A stretch of 45,713 nucleotides of DNA from Pseudomonadota bacterium (GCA_024640785.1 JAHEEI010000001.1:1-45713); one strand, 5' to 3'. Counted from the first letter of the stretch, positions 35,346-44,465 are shown. The notes: generated from the sequence alone by a model not told the origin. Numbers and translations: made by a program.

Positions 35346-37310
35346 TTATTTGGCAGCGCTATCATAAAGCCTGCGCGCAAGGTTTATATTGTGAAAGCGG
35401 GCCTTATGTGCAATTTCCAGGATAGTGGCACTGGAATCACTGTAAACAAGTGTAGAATTAGCATTCATTTTTCCAGGTACAGTTTTCGCCTTTTGGCTGC
35501 GCCGCAGAAAAGCGCGAGACCACTCAAAAAAGAGGTCTGCGTAAAAAGGATTATGACACGACTGGCAGCGGGCTGCAAATTCCTCTGCTGACTGACTGGC
35601 CTGTTCAGTTGCATGGCACTGGACGCAGGTGACCCGGTCGGCATGAGGATCAGACGCCAAAGCTACTAACCCCGCTTTGCCGGAAAATGCCTGCTCAACA
35701 TCTTTATGACAGCCTTCACAGGTATTCGGTAAAGGGCGATAACGCTCTTTAGACGACCCGGTGTGACAGGTAAAACAATCACGATCGGCATGAAGCGCAT
35801 CCAGCTTATAAGTATCCTTACTATTATGTGTAAAGAGCCGGCGCCAATTGCCCCAACTTTGTTCATCATGGCAGCTTGCACAGTTTTTACCCAGCTGATC
35901 GGCATGGGGGTCTTCATGACAGCCGATACACTCTAAGGGGGTTTCAATATAAACAATGGCCGGGTTTTCATTAGGGTCGCATGTGCGCGGATGACAATCG
36001 TCACAAGACGCGTCTATGTGCTTTCCCGTCAGCAAATAGCTGCTGTCACGGTTATGAACAAATCGCAGATTTTTTCCATTCCATCCTTCCTGGTCATGGC
36101 ATCTCAAACAGTCAGAATAGTCGTTAGTTTCATGGATGTTTGGATGGCAGACATCGCAAGTCTGAAAAGCAATCTCGCGATATTTTATGCGAAAACCAGT
36201 GGATGTATTGGCCGAAAGGACAGCATGGCAGGCTTCACAGTCAATCTGGGCATGTTTGCCCTGGAGAGGGTAGCGGGCCAATTGATGGTTAAAAGAATCC
36301 TGGTCAAGCGGCCGGATATCAGCATCCGCACCCAGATGGTCTTTATGACAGGTTCGGCAGGAGCCTGTTAAACTGCCGTGATAGCCGATTTTATTTTCCT
36401 GTGTCTGGGCGATCTCAGTATGACAGCTAATACATTTGTCAGAGGGTAGTCTCTCCCAGTATGCATGGCAGGCGGTACACTCTTTTAATTTTGGATCAGA
36501 CGCATGTCTTTCAATCAGGGCGCCCGGTAAAACAATGTGTCCGGGCTGATGCCACAGCAGCTCACCCCTGGACAAAAACTGGGGTAATCCCATTGGCAAA
36601 ATAATTGCAGCTGCTGAAAAAAATAATAAAAGCAGGCCAACCAAAACTGCTAATGGATGAATATGTACATGGTGGATAACTTTTTTCGAAGCGAGCCATA
36701 AGGGATGATGCTCAGCAGCATATCTATGTGACACAAAACCGGTGAAGATGCCGGGCAGGGACTGGCGGGTCGACGGATTTATAAACGCCAGAAAAAGATG
36801 CAGGAGTAAAAAAGCAGCTGCCGGCACAAAACAGATCAAATGCACCAGCCAAGGCCCGAAGGCACCGGGGAGTATCAGCATCAGAAGACCGCTGATGGAA
36901 AAAGCGATCAAGAGTGAAAAGACCGCCAAAAGGTGTAACTTATGGCCGGGGTTAAAACGGTCAGAAGGGGGCAACTGCAGCCTGGGATAAAAGACTTGTA
37001 TGGGGACTTTTAGCAGCCATATAAAATCACGCAATTGCCAATTGAATGCGTCCCGCATGTTGTTAATTAAAACCCGTGCTGCCGGAGTAAGGACCATCAG
37101 CAGCAGGGACTGTAAAATTAATGTCACCAGCAGAATGCCGGAAATGATATGAATCTGTGTCAGCAAAGCGCTCTCTATTATGTGAATCTCAGGAAAGCGT
37201 TGGAGTAGTTTAATGGCGCCGGTTACGAAAAGGGTCAGGTAAATAATGCCTTGAATTGCATGGTAGACGACTTCAAATCTGGAGAAACGGCGTACTTTTC
37301 CCAGGCTCAT
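35346..37310 (-). CDS. fusion of a FdnI/HydC-like cytochrome-b membrane domain (5 TM) with a 13-haem c3/c7-type cytochrome c domain
   Basis: The N-terminus (RFSRFEVVYHAIQG...) has conserved His in four helices plus a fifth TM. The C-terminal 400 aa hold 13 CxxCH motifs, several in F-x-H...G-K-H-x3-CxxCH class III context. The ATGA overlaps the upstream gene. Confidence 0.8.
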   Translation of the reverse strand: MSLGKVRRFSRFEVVYHAIQGIIYLTLFVTGAIKLLQRFPEIHIIESALLTQIHIISGILLVTLILQSLLLMVLTPAARVLINNMRDAFNWQLRDFIWLLKVPIQVFYPRLQLPPSDRFNPGHKLHLLAVFSLLIAFSISGLLMLILPGAFGPWLVHLICFVPAAAFLLLHLFLAFINPSTRQSLPGIFTGFVSHRYAAEHHPLWLASKKVIHHVHIHPLAVLVGLLLLFFSAAAIILPMGLPQFLSRGELLWHQPGHIVLPGALIERHASDPKLKECTACHAYWERLPSDKCISCHTEIAQTQENKIGYHGSLTGSCRTCHKDHLGADADIRPLDQDSFNHQLARYPLQGKHAQIDCEACHAVLSANTSTGFRIKYREIAFQTCDVCHPNIHETNDYSDCLRCHDQEGWNGKNLRFVHNRDSSYLLTGKHIDASCDDCHPRTCDPNENPAIVYIETPLECIGCHEDPHADQLGKNCASCHDEQSWGNWRRLFTHNSKDTYKLDALHADRDCFTCHTGSSKERYRPLPNTCEGCHKDVEQAFSGKAGLVALASDPHADRVTCVQCHATEQASQSAEEFAARCQSCHNPFYADLFFEWSRAFLRRSQKAKTVPGKMNANSTLVYSDSSATILEIAHKARFHNINLARRLYDSAAK

Positions 37311-38305
37311 GGCAGCATCACCTCCCCTGAAAAAATAGACTCTTCAATGGAGGGGTCGGCTCCCACGCGCAATAAGCGGACGGTTAAATGCCTGGTATCG
37401 CCGGTCAGGTCAAGTTCCCAGCGTTTGATGCTGCCGGGGCCCAGAGCACTTTTGAGTTCTTTAATCAGCTCTTCTTCAAAAAGAAGTGTTTCCCCACCAT
37501 GGTCATCGATGCCCAGGATACGGGCTTTTACGATCCTAACACCAAAATCACCGGTAGGTACATTGTGGGGAAGATGATTATGGAGCATGACGGCCACTTT
37601 GGTGCTGTTGATCTTTTGTGCCTCCAGCGTAAAGGCTTCCTCGGGAAGCGTAAGGGGGATTCTCTGGAAAAGATGGCGTTTCTGGGCGGTGACTTTTTCA
37701 AAGGCAACTGCGATTTCCGCTAAAATATTTGATGCCTGTGTCGATTTTCGCTCTATAGGAGGCATATGACAAACCTGACAGGAATATTTTTCACCATCTG
37801 TCTCGGCAGCCTGCCATTCCGCAAAAGTCCCTTCGTGGCAGCGGCCGCAAAACCGAGAACGTGTATAGCGTTCAGGATCTACAGAGACTTTATGGGGCAG
37901 GACAAACTCCCACAACCAGGGGTCCAGAGGCCCGGCAAGTCGCCCTTCTTCCAGGTGACAGGCAACACAGGTGACTCCTTCGCTTTGTTCCATATCTCTG
38001 GGCTCCGGTCGTTCATCGCTTAAACCCGGCTGGGGTGCATGGCAGCTGATGCAGCGCAAAAAATCGTATCCATCGGTTGCGTCCTGATAACGGGGGTTCA
38101 CAAAAGAGTGTGCATGGGCTGAGGCTTGCCATTCATCAAAAATTTCCTGGTGACATTTTTGACATTCCCGGGCACGTGGGAAACCTTTGGAGTTGTCGCG
38201 GGTGAGACCATTAAAACCAGAGCAGAGAATAAAGGATAAAAAAAGAAGCAGGCTAAAGAGAATTCTTGTGGAAAATTTATTTGAAAATATCAATTGAATC
38301 TTCAT
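37307..38305 (-). CDS. secreted pentahaem cytochrome c with a non-haem C-terminal domain
   Basis: Signal peptide (ILFSLLLFLSFILCSG). Five CxxCH motifs (CQKCH, CISCH, CVACH, CGRCH, CQVCH), the first in the c554-like context CQKCHQEIFDEWQASAH. About 130 aa at the C-terminus lack haem sites. Confidence 0.8.
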   Translation of the reverse strand: MKIQLIFSNKFSTRILFSLLLFLSFILCSGFNGLTRDNSKGFPRARECQKCHQEIFDEWQASAHAHSFVNPRYQDATDGYDFLRCISCHAPQPGLSDERPEPRDMEQSEGVTCVACHLEEGRLAGPLDPWLWEFVLPHKVSVDPERYTRSRFCGRCHEGTFAEWQAAETDGEKYSCQVCHMPPIERKSTQASNILAEIAVAFEKVTAQKRHLFQRIPLTLPEEAFTLEAQKINSTKVAVMLHNHLPHNVPTGDFGVRIVKARILGIDDHGGETLLFEEELIKELKSALGPGSIKRWELDLTGDTRHLTVRLLRVGADPSIEESIFSGEVMLP

Positions 38306-38630
38306 GGGATAAATAATCGCTGGTATTTCAATTGAGGACTCTTTTTCAAGAGCCCTTTATTCAGAATTTTTTAGCCTCGACAGGACAACTGCTCTTAGAT
38401 AGCATATTTGCAAGGGTTACTGTTTCGGTTTTATAGAGAGAGTCTTAAGGAAAACCTCTTATATAAAGGTTTTTATCTCTTTCTGGATATATCGTAGCAT
38501 TCGAACAAGGAATCCATGTCGGCTTTAGGCGGAGAAAGTTCCCCCTCCGGAGATTTCTTGTGTTTTTTGCTAGTTTTTATCCTCTATTCTCGGAAGGTGA
38601 ATCCATCTCTATGCGCCGATTTTAGTTACA

Positions 38631-39677
38631 TTAGGCATACCTGCTCATCTTCCATTCCTGTGTTAAGCCCCTGAGCCCAAACATAAGGTTTAATATTCTA
38701 ACGGCCTGAATTCTGGTTATTGGAAATCCACCGCAACAAAGCATATCAAATCCATCAAGCGCTTTTTCAATAGCGCTGTTAACAACAGAAGCAACAGAAC
38801 GTTTGAAATCAGTACAAAAGTTTTGGTCGTTCTTATCGGCATATTCTTTGAGATCGTCAAAAGAAAATATCCCGTCTTCCTCCTGATACATGATCCAACT
38901 CGCTAAATAATTTGATTTTATGTGTGACAGGTCTTCTGCTGCATCAGTGACATCATCAAGCATCTGGAGCGCAACACCTATTCCAAGGACGCCTGCTTCG
39001 ATGTTCTGCAACTCTCCAACAAAACCGCGTTCATTTTCCATCGGAGCAATTAGTGCAAGTCTTAAAAGCTCGCCGCCGATTTTCATGTGAACATCTTCCG
39101 TAATTTTCCGAGGAACAGGCATTATATCATAAATCTTAGCAACATTTTCACCCTTTCCAATGGAGCAGATACTGTCAAGTATTTTTGCTTCAATACGTGC
39201 TGCTGTTTCAGCGTCATGTGACACCTCACGTATGGTTTGTCCCATAACTTTATATGCAAGCAAAGACAGCATGGTGTTATTTAACACAGCATTGTCAATC
39301 CCCACAGCTAAGAATACCGGTCCTTTATTCTCATTATCAAGGATGTTGTCGGTGCAGGTGATGATTGTGCGCAAAGCATGGAGTATTACACCATACTTGA
39401 GAATCCTTTCTTCAGGTATCCCAACAGCCTTAAAAATACTTAAAAAGAGTATGCTGAAAAAGTTCTTTTCAAAATATTTAACCGCATTCAATTCTTTAAA
39501 GGGGAACACACTGTTTTTTGCACACTCACACTCAGAAAGCATTTCAGCAAACCTTTCCTCAACAAGACGATGCTTCTTTTGCGCTGATGAAAGCAATATT
39601 ACCAGTCCGGGCTGGTTCAAACTCATCTTTAAAAGAGAGGATAATTTCTTGAGTAACTCCAGTTTGTTCGTTTTCAT
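38631..39677 (-). CDS. polyprenyl-synthetase-fold (trans-IPPS-like) protein with a degenerate first Asp-rich motif
   Basis: The second Asp-rich motif is intact (GVALQMLDDVTDAAED). The first-motif position reads HALRTIITCTDNILDNENKGP instead of ..DDxxD..RRG.P. Start set at ATG 39677, 7 nt after GAGGAG; the ORF track extends to 39728. Confidence 0.55.
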   Translation of the reverse strand: MKTNKLELLKKLSSLLKMSLNQPGLVILLSSAQKKHRLVEERFAEMLSECECAKNSVFPFKELNAVKYFEKNFFSILFLSIFKAVGIPEERILKYGVILHALRTIITCTDNILDNENKGPVFLAVGIDNAVLNNTMLSLLAYKVMGQTIREVSHDAETAARIEAKILDSICSIGKGENVAKIYDIMPVPRKITEDVHMKIGGELLRLALIAPMENERGFVGELQNIEAGVLGIGVALQMLDDVTDAAEDLSHIKSNYLASWIMYQEEDGIFSFDDLKEYADKNDQNFCTDFKRSVASVVNSAIEKALDGFDMLCCGGFPITRIQAVRILNLMFGLRGLTQEWKMSRYA

Positions 39678-39943
39678 TTTAATCTCCTCATTGTCTCTTT
39701 CGGGGTTTAAAACCCTCCTTTTAGACAAGGAACGTTTAATGGTTCAGGAACTGCAAATCACTTTAATACCGTTAACCCTTTAGGAGGCTTTTTTTTCTTC
39801 AGCCCGCTTTAGCAGGAGACTGAATATATCGTCTTGTAGACAGTGGTAATTCAATTTTAAGGGATCCACCCTATGAATGTATGGCTACGTCTGAGAAAAC
39901 TCAAAAATAGCCCTTGCCAAGCCGCATGTTCTCATAAGCAGTG

Positions 39944-41959
39944 CTATACAACCTTTGCTTCTTTTAATTTATAAAGAAACAGGGGCAAAACAGTCATTGA
40001 AATCACAAGACAAATCACTAGACCGATCATAACAATAAACCCAAGATCCCTGAACCCCGGATTTGCAGACAACATCAAACTTCCAAAAGCCAGAGACGAT
40101 GTTGCTGTTGTAGCGGTTATTGGAGTCGCTATGCCTGAAAATAATTTTTTCACATTTCCACCAACATTCTTCCACCTGCAAAGGACATGAACACCATCAT
40201 CAATTCCTGCCCCAATTATCAGAGGCATAACAACTAGGGTCATCAAATTGAAATCTATTCCGGACATTCCCATTAAACCCACTGTAAAAACAGTTCCAAA
40301 AAAAACCGGCGCAAGCCCGGCACAAGTACGGGTTAAATTTCTAAAACTTACAAAGATAACAAGTGATACTGCTAGCACTGCTGTAATTGTGCATTTTAAC
40401 AGGTCTGATTTTACAGTTTCATTGAGCCCATAGTTAAGAAAAGGCGACCCGGTAACAATATTTCCTTTTGATGGAAAGGCAAAAGCCAGCGTTTTTGCCA
40501 GCCTCTCTAACTTCTTAAAGCCTTTATAGTCAAAGGGATTTTCCTTAGGATAGACAATGGTTAGCAAACGATTATCCTTTCCCCTGAAAACGCTTTCATC
40601 TTTTTTTAGAAAACCCGCCAGAGAATAGCTTTCCAAGTAGACAATAGTGTCCGCTGTATTTTCTCTCAGGAATTTAAGCTTATCTCTTTCGGTTTTTTCA
40701 TCAGGAGAAATAATGGCTATAGGAACAGGGAAAAGTGAATATTTGTTAAGTAGTTGGTTCTGAATTACGTGACTTTCAATCTTCTGATCCAAAAGTCTGC
40801 CCTGGTCAGCATTAAAACCCGTTTTGAGCGCAAAAAAAGCTGAGGTCAATAATAAACATAAAAGCATGCCGATAAACAGGAATGATCTTTTCTCAGTTAA
40901 TTCAAACAATTTATTCCAGAACCCCTCAATCCTTCTTGTTTGTGCAATTTGATTAACCGGCAAATAGCTCAGGAGCGGCAAAAGAAAAAAAACTGCCGAA
41001 ACAAAGGTTGCGCCCATTCCAACAGCTCCAATAACACCCAATTCAAAAAGGCCTTGAGAGTCTGCAACACAAAGAGCCAAAAATGCGGAACCGGTTGTGA
41101 CCGCTCCTATAAATAGAGGACTCATCATCGTTTTACACACATAATTTATAAGCTCTTTTCTGTCTCTTGAGGCGTCCCTGTTTTTTCCTTTCGCTAAGAG
41201 TTCCTTTGCTTTTTCATTAAATGAATAAATAATGTGCAGGCTGAAATCTACACCCAGACCGAGAAGTATGGCAGGAAGAGTCGCTGTCATGAAAGTCAGC
41301 CGGCCAAAAATCAATTTGGCAACAGCAAGAGTTAAAAGCAAACCAATAAAAAGTGCAAATGAAGTTGCTGTTACAACTGAAACAGGCATCCGCATAAAGA
41401 CAAAAAGTATAACAGATATTCCTACAAAAGTAAACAACGCAGCCCGCATCATGTCTCTGCTGACGGATTCTGATGACTCAAGCAACACCTGATAGCTTCC
41501 GGTAATCCCTGCTTTCAAACCCGCCGCATCTACTGCAGAACTTATTTTCCGGCTCAACATCCTGCTCCGGTTAAGCTCTGTTGGTTTAAAAGAAGGTTTT
41601 ATCATCAGGAGCCCAAGACTGTCTTTTGCTCCCGATTTTTTTTTTAAATATGATAAATCAAGTTTATTCACTTCCTCAACAGAACTGTCGCTTTCTATCT
41701 CTTTGATTAAAGAATCAATTTTTTTCTTCTGGCCTAAATAATTTTTCAGTAAAAGCAGAAATGAATCCGTACTTTTAAAATTTTCTACAGCATAGGCATA
41801 CTCCATAACAATCTCATTTTCCGGGTCAAGAAGTACTGAAAAATCTCCGTCTACCTTAAGATCAGACAAGAAACCTGTGCAAGCGAGCGCTGATAAGGTT
41901 AGGGTGCCAATAAGTATGGCCCTGAACTTGTATACAAAATGTGAAACAATGTGAAACAA
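39944..41959 (-). CDS. RND-superfamily MMPL/HpnN-like exporter
   Basis: Internally duplicated 1+5 TM layout. The conserved TM4-type motifs are LGLGVDFSLHIIY (first half) and IGAGIDDGVHVL (second half). 671 aa. Confidence 0.75.
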   Translation of the reverse strand: MFHIVSHFVYKFRAILIGTLTLSALACTGFLSDLKVDGDFSVLLDPENEIVMEYAYAVENFKSTDSFLLLLKNYLGQKKKIDSLIKEIESDSSVEEVNKLDLSYLKKKSGAKDSLGLLMIKPSFKPTELNRSRMLSRKISSAVDAAGLKAGITGSYQVLLESSESVSRDMMRAALFTFVGISVILFVFMRMPVSVVTATSFALFIGLLLTLAVAKLIFGRLTFMTATLPAILLGLGVDFSLHIIYSFNEKAKELLAKGKNRDASRDRKELINYVCKTMMSPLFIGAVTTGSAFLALCVADSQGLFELGVIGAVGMGATFVSAVFFLLPLLSYLPVNQIAQTRRIEGFWNKLFELTEKRSFLFIGMLLCLLLTSAFFALKTGFNADQGRLLDQKIESHVIQNQLLNKYSLFPVPIAIISPDEKTERDKLKFLRENTADTIVYLESYSLAGFLKKDESVFRGKDNRLLTIVYPKENPFDYKGFKKLERLAKTLAFAFPSKGNIVTGSPFLNYGLNETVKSDLLKCTITAVLAVSLVIFVSFRNLTRTCAGLAPVFFGTVFTVGLMGMSGIDFNLMTLVVMPLIIGAGIDDGVHVLCRWKNVGGNVKKLFSGIATPITATTATSSLAFGSLMLSANPGFRDLGFIVMIGLVICLVISMTVLPLFLYKLKEAKVV

Positions 41960-42378
41960 AGAAAACGCCCCAAGTATTATTTTCAGAATAAAATATTTTA
42001 AATATAAATCATTATCATTTTAAGCTTTAAAATTTTACTCAAAGATTTTATATGGAGTATAATTTCCCGGCTTAAGGAACGCTATAAGAGACTGTCTATC
42101 AAAAATATTTTAGCCTGCTCTGAACTTATATATTTCAAGTCAACCGCTTAGGAGCATTGCTTTTTGATATGGAAAGTATGAAAATATTAAACATTGTTGT
42201 CAAGAATAAAAAAAACAATATATTGGGCTTTTGAAAGCCATAAACCAAATTCCCACCTTGACACAACAGACCGAACACTTGCTTTCTGATGCCGGGGAAA
42301 ACCGCTTAACTAACAGGGATACTACTAATATAATTATCCGTTCATTTAATTATCCTGTTGATTTCTGTTCCCACAGGC

Positions 42379-42657
42379 TTAGCCGTTATTCTGACAGAAT
42401 TTAAATGCGTATCCTAGGCTCTCCCGCCTTTTGCTCCCAAAGCATAGTACCCGAGGACAGTATACCCGGATTTGAAGACAAGAAAGGCTGACAAGATGAC
42501 TTCTTTGGTGGTTGCTAAAAGAAAGGTATTCATCTGAACTTTCAGGGTTTGCAACATCAAAACTTCGCACCTTAAAACAGTGACAGTCATTAATAGGTGC
42601 TGCAAGAACAGAAGATGATAAGATTAGAAAACAGAACAGTAATACGAATGTTTTCAT
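42379..42657 (-). CDS. small secreted Cys-containing hypothetical protein
   Basis: Clear signal peptide MKTFVLLFCFLILSSSVLA-AP, then a 70-aa mature part with 6 Cys. No family recognised. An overlapping alternative ORF exists. Confidence 0.3.
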   Translation of the reverse strand: MKTFVLLFCFLILSSSVLAAPINDCHCFKVRSFDVANPESSDEYLSFSNHQRSHLVSLSCLQIRVYCPRVLCFGSKRRESLGYAFKFCQNNG

Positions 42658-42721
42658 AATACCCTTTTACAGAGGGATTTTAAAATTAAGCTCATTCACC
42701 TCGAATAATAAAATGTAGGTT

Positions 42722-43486
42722 TTATAACCAGAACTCAGGGTACTTTCGTGCCCTTGGAATATTGTTAACAGCTAAAGCAACAACAAGCATTATCAGGGCG
42801 CCAATACCAACAGGCATTAAAACGTAGAAATAGCCAAGATCATGAATCCTTTGACTGCCTATAACAGCGATCAAAGCAGTAGCACCGCCTGGCGGGTGCA
42901 GGGTTTTTGTTGCGTGCATTACAGCTATTGCCGTTGCCACGGCCAGAGCAGAAGCAAGCCAGATACTGGAAGAAAAACACTGGTATGAAACAACCCCGAT
43001 AACAGCAGAAAAGAGATGCCCGCCTATAAGGTTTCTCGGCTGAGCTAAAGGGCTTTTAATTGCACCGTAAATAAGAACAGCTGAGGCACCAAAAGACCCG
43101 ATGATCATGATGGTATCAGTTGTACTCAAGAGGTTAAAATTACAATAGGCAACCGCAGCAATTCCTAAAAAAGCCCCTACCCATGACCAGCAAATTTCTG
43201 TAATGCCAACGCCGGGTGGGCTTTTGTCTGAACCTTTCATCTTTAAAAAATAAGATTTTATTCCTGAAACAAGAGAAGGCTGCTCAGCATAAACAGTAGA
43301 AAGCTGTTCAGCCGTTTTTTTTGATGAAATGTTGTTATGGGCATATGCATAAGCATGGAGGTATATCTCTTTGAAATCTTCAAGGGTAATGTCAACATAC
43401 CCTGACATTTCTGTCATGGCCTGAAGGATATCTTCATCAGAGACAACATTAGCGTTGTATTTTTTTATGTTTTTGATATCATTCAT
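42722..43486 (-). CDS. HPP-family integral membrane protein
   Basis: Signature TLHPPGGATAL within four hydrophobic helices. About 85 aa of soluble N-terminal extension. 254 aa. Confidence 0.8.
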   Translation of the reverse strand: MNDIKNIKKYNANVVSDEDILQAMTEMSGYVDITLEDFKEIYLHAYAYAHNNISSKKTAEQLSTVYAEQPSLVSGIKSYFLKMKGSDKSPPGVGITEICWSWVGAFLGIAAVAYCNFNLLSTTDTIMIIGSFGASAVLIYGAIKSPLAQPRNLIGGHLFSAVIGVVSYQCFSSSIWLASALAVATAIAVMHATKTLHPPGGATALIAVIGSQRIHDLGYFYVLMPVGIGALIMLVVALAVNNIPRARKYPEFWL

Positions 43487-43655
43487 AACACAATTCCGGT
43501 TTCTTTAAGTATCATTGCGTAGCTTAATTCGAACCTCTATTATAGAATAGATAGTATTGTTTGAAATAACCTTGACTTAAGTCAAATGATTATTGAACAG
43601 AGATCCTGGTTGTCTAAAGGAACTCTTAAAATCAGGTGTTCATTATTTTTTAATA

Positions 43656-44465
43656 TTATAAAGCAGAATTATTGAATGAAACCCGATTATGGTGGGTATA
43701 GACAGTAAAACTACCTCCGCGGGCAAAACCAACAACACAGATGCCCATATCGGTTGCCATTAAAACGGTTTGGTGGGTAGGGACTCCCCTGGACAAAATG
43801 ATCGGAATACCGCAGCGTTTGACCTTGTGCAAAATTTCTGATGAAATTCTACCGGTACACAGCAGTACAGATTCTGAAAAATCAAGATTTTCAAGCAGAC
43901 AATGGCCGATGACTTTATCCACAGCATTATGTCGGCCAATATCATCAATATAAAATTGCGGCAGGCTTTTTCCAAAGCTGATGGCTACCGTATGTACACC
44001 GCTGGTTGCTTTGTAAAGGGGAGAGCAGGTAACGAGCCATTTCATGCACTGGTTCAAAAAATCATTTGTTACCGTAAAATTTGACTCAATGGGATGGCGT
44101 GAGGCCAGTTCTATGACGCCGGAATACATGACTCCTTTACCGCAACCGCTAGTATAAAGCCTTTTTCCCAGAAGGGCAAAATCAATTTCTTTTTTGGTTT
44201 GAATTTCTATTTTCCATCTCATCTGATCACAGGAAAAGCTTTTGATATCATCCGCACGCCGAATCATGCCCGAGGTAAACAAGAATCCAATGGCAAATTC
44301 TCTCAAATGGCTGGGCGTACACATCTGGGTAGCCAGTTCAGACCCATTTACATCAATAGTGCACGGCACCTCAGTTGCCACAGCCACATTAAGGGTTTCC
44401 TTGCCGTCCTTTTTTATCCGGACAACTTCAAATTCGGTTTGTGTTCCAAGTTCACTATCTTTCAT
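43656..44465 (-). CDS. fdhD: formate dehydrogenase accessory sulfurtransferase FdhD
   Basis: SGCGKG catalytic-Cys loop, SGVHT, and IGRHNAVDKVIG. 269 aa. Confidence 0.85.
   Translation of the reverse strand: MKDSELGTQTEFEVVRIKKDGKETLNVAVATEVPCTIDVNGSELATQMCTPSHLREFAIGFLFTSGMIRRADDIKSFSCDQMRWKIEIQTKKEIDFALLGKRLYTSGCGKGVMYSGVIELASRHPIESNFTVTNDFLNQCMKWLVTCSPLYKATSGVHTVAISFGKSLPQFYIDDIGRHNAVDKVIGHCLLENLDFSESVLLCTGRISSEILHKVKRCGIPIILSRGVPTHQTVLMATDMGICVVGFARGGSFTVYTHHNRVSFNNSAL

Noticed and set aside
38306-38630. Terminator or riboswitch between the polyprenyl-synthase-like gene and the cytochrome operon
   Set aside because: Only a short CGGAG...CTCCG stem near 38540-38560 is present, and it has no T-run in the transcribed (minus) orientation. 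That is not enough for a call.
39160-39783. 207-aa ORF antisense to the polyprenyl-synthase-like gene
   Set aside because: The product is Ser/Leu-rich with no motif. The opposite strand carries recognisable DDxxD isoprenoid-synthase features and a strong SD.
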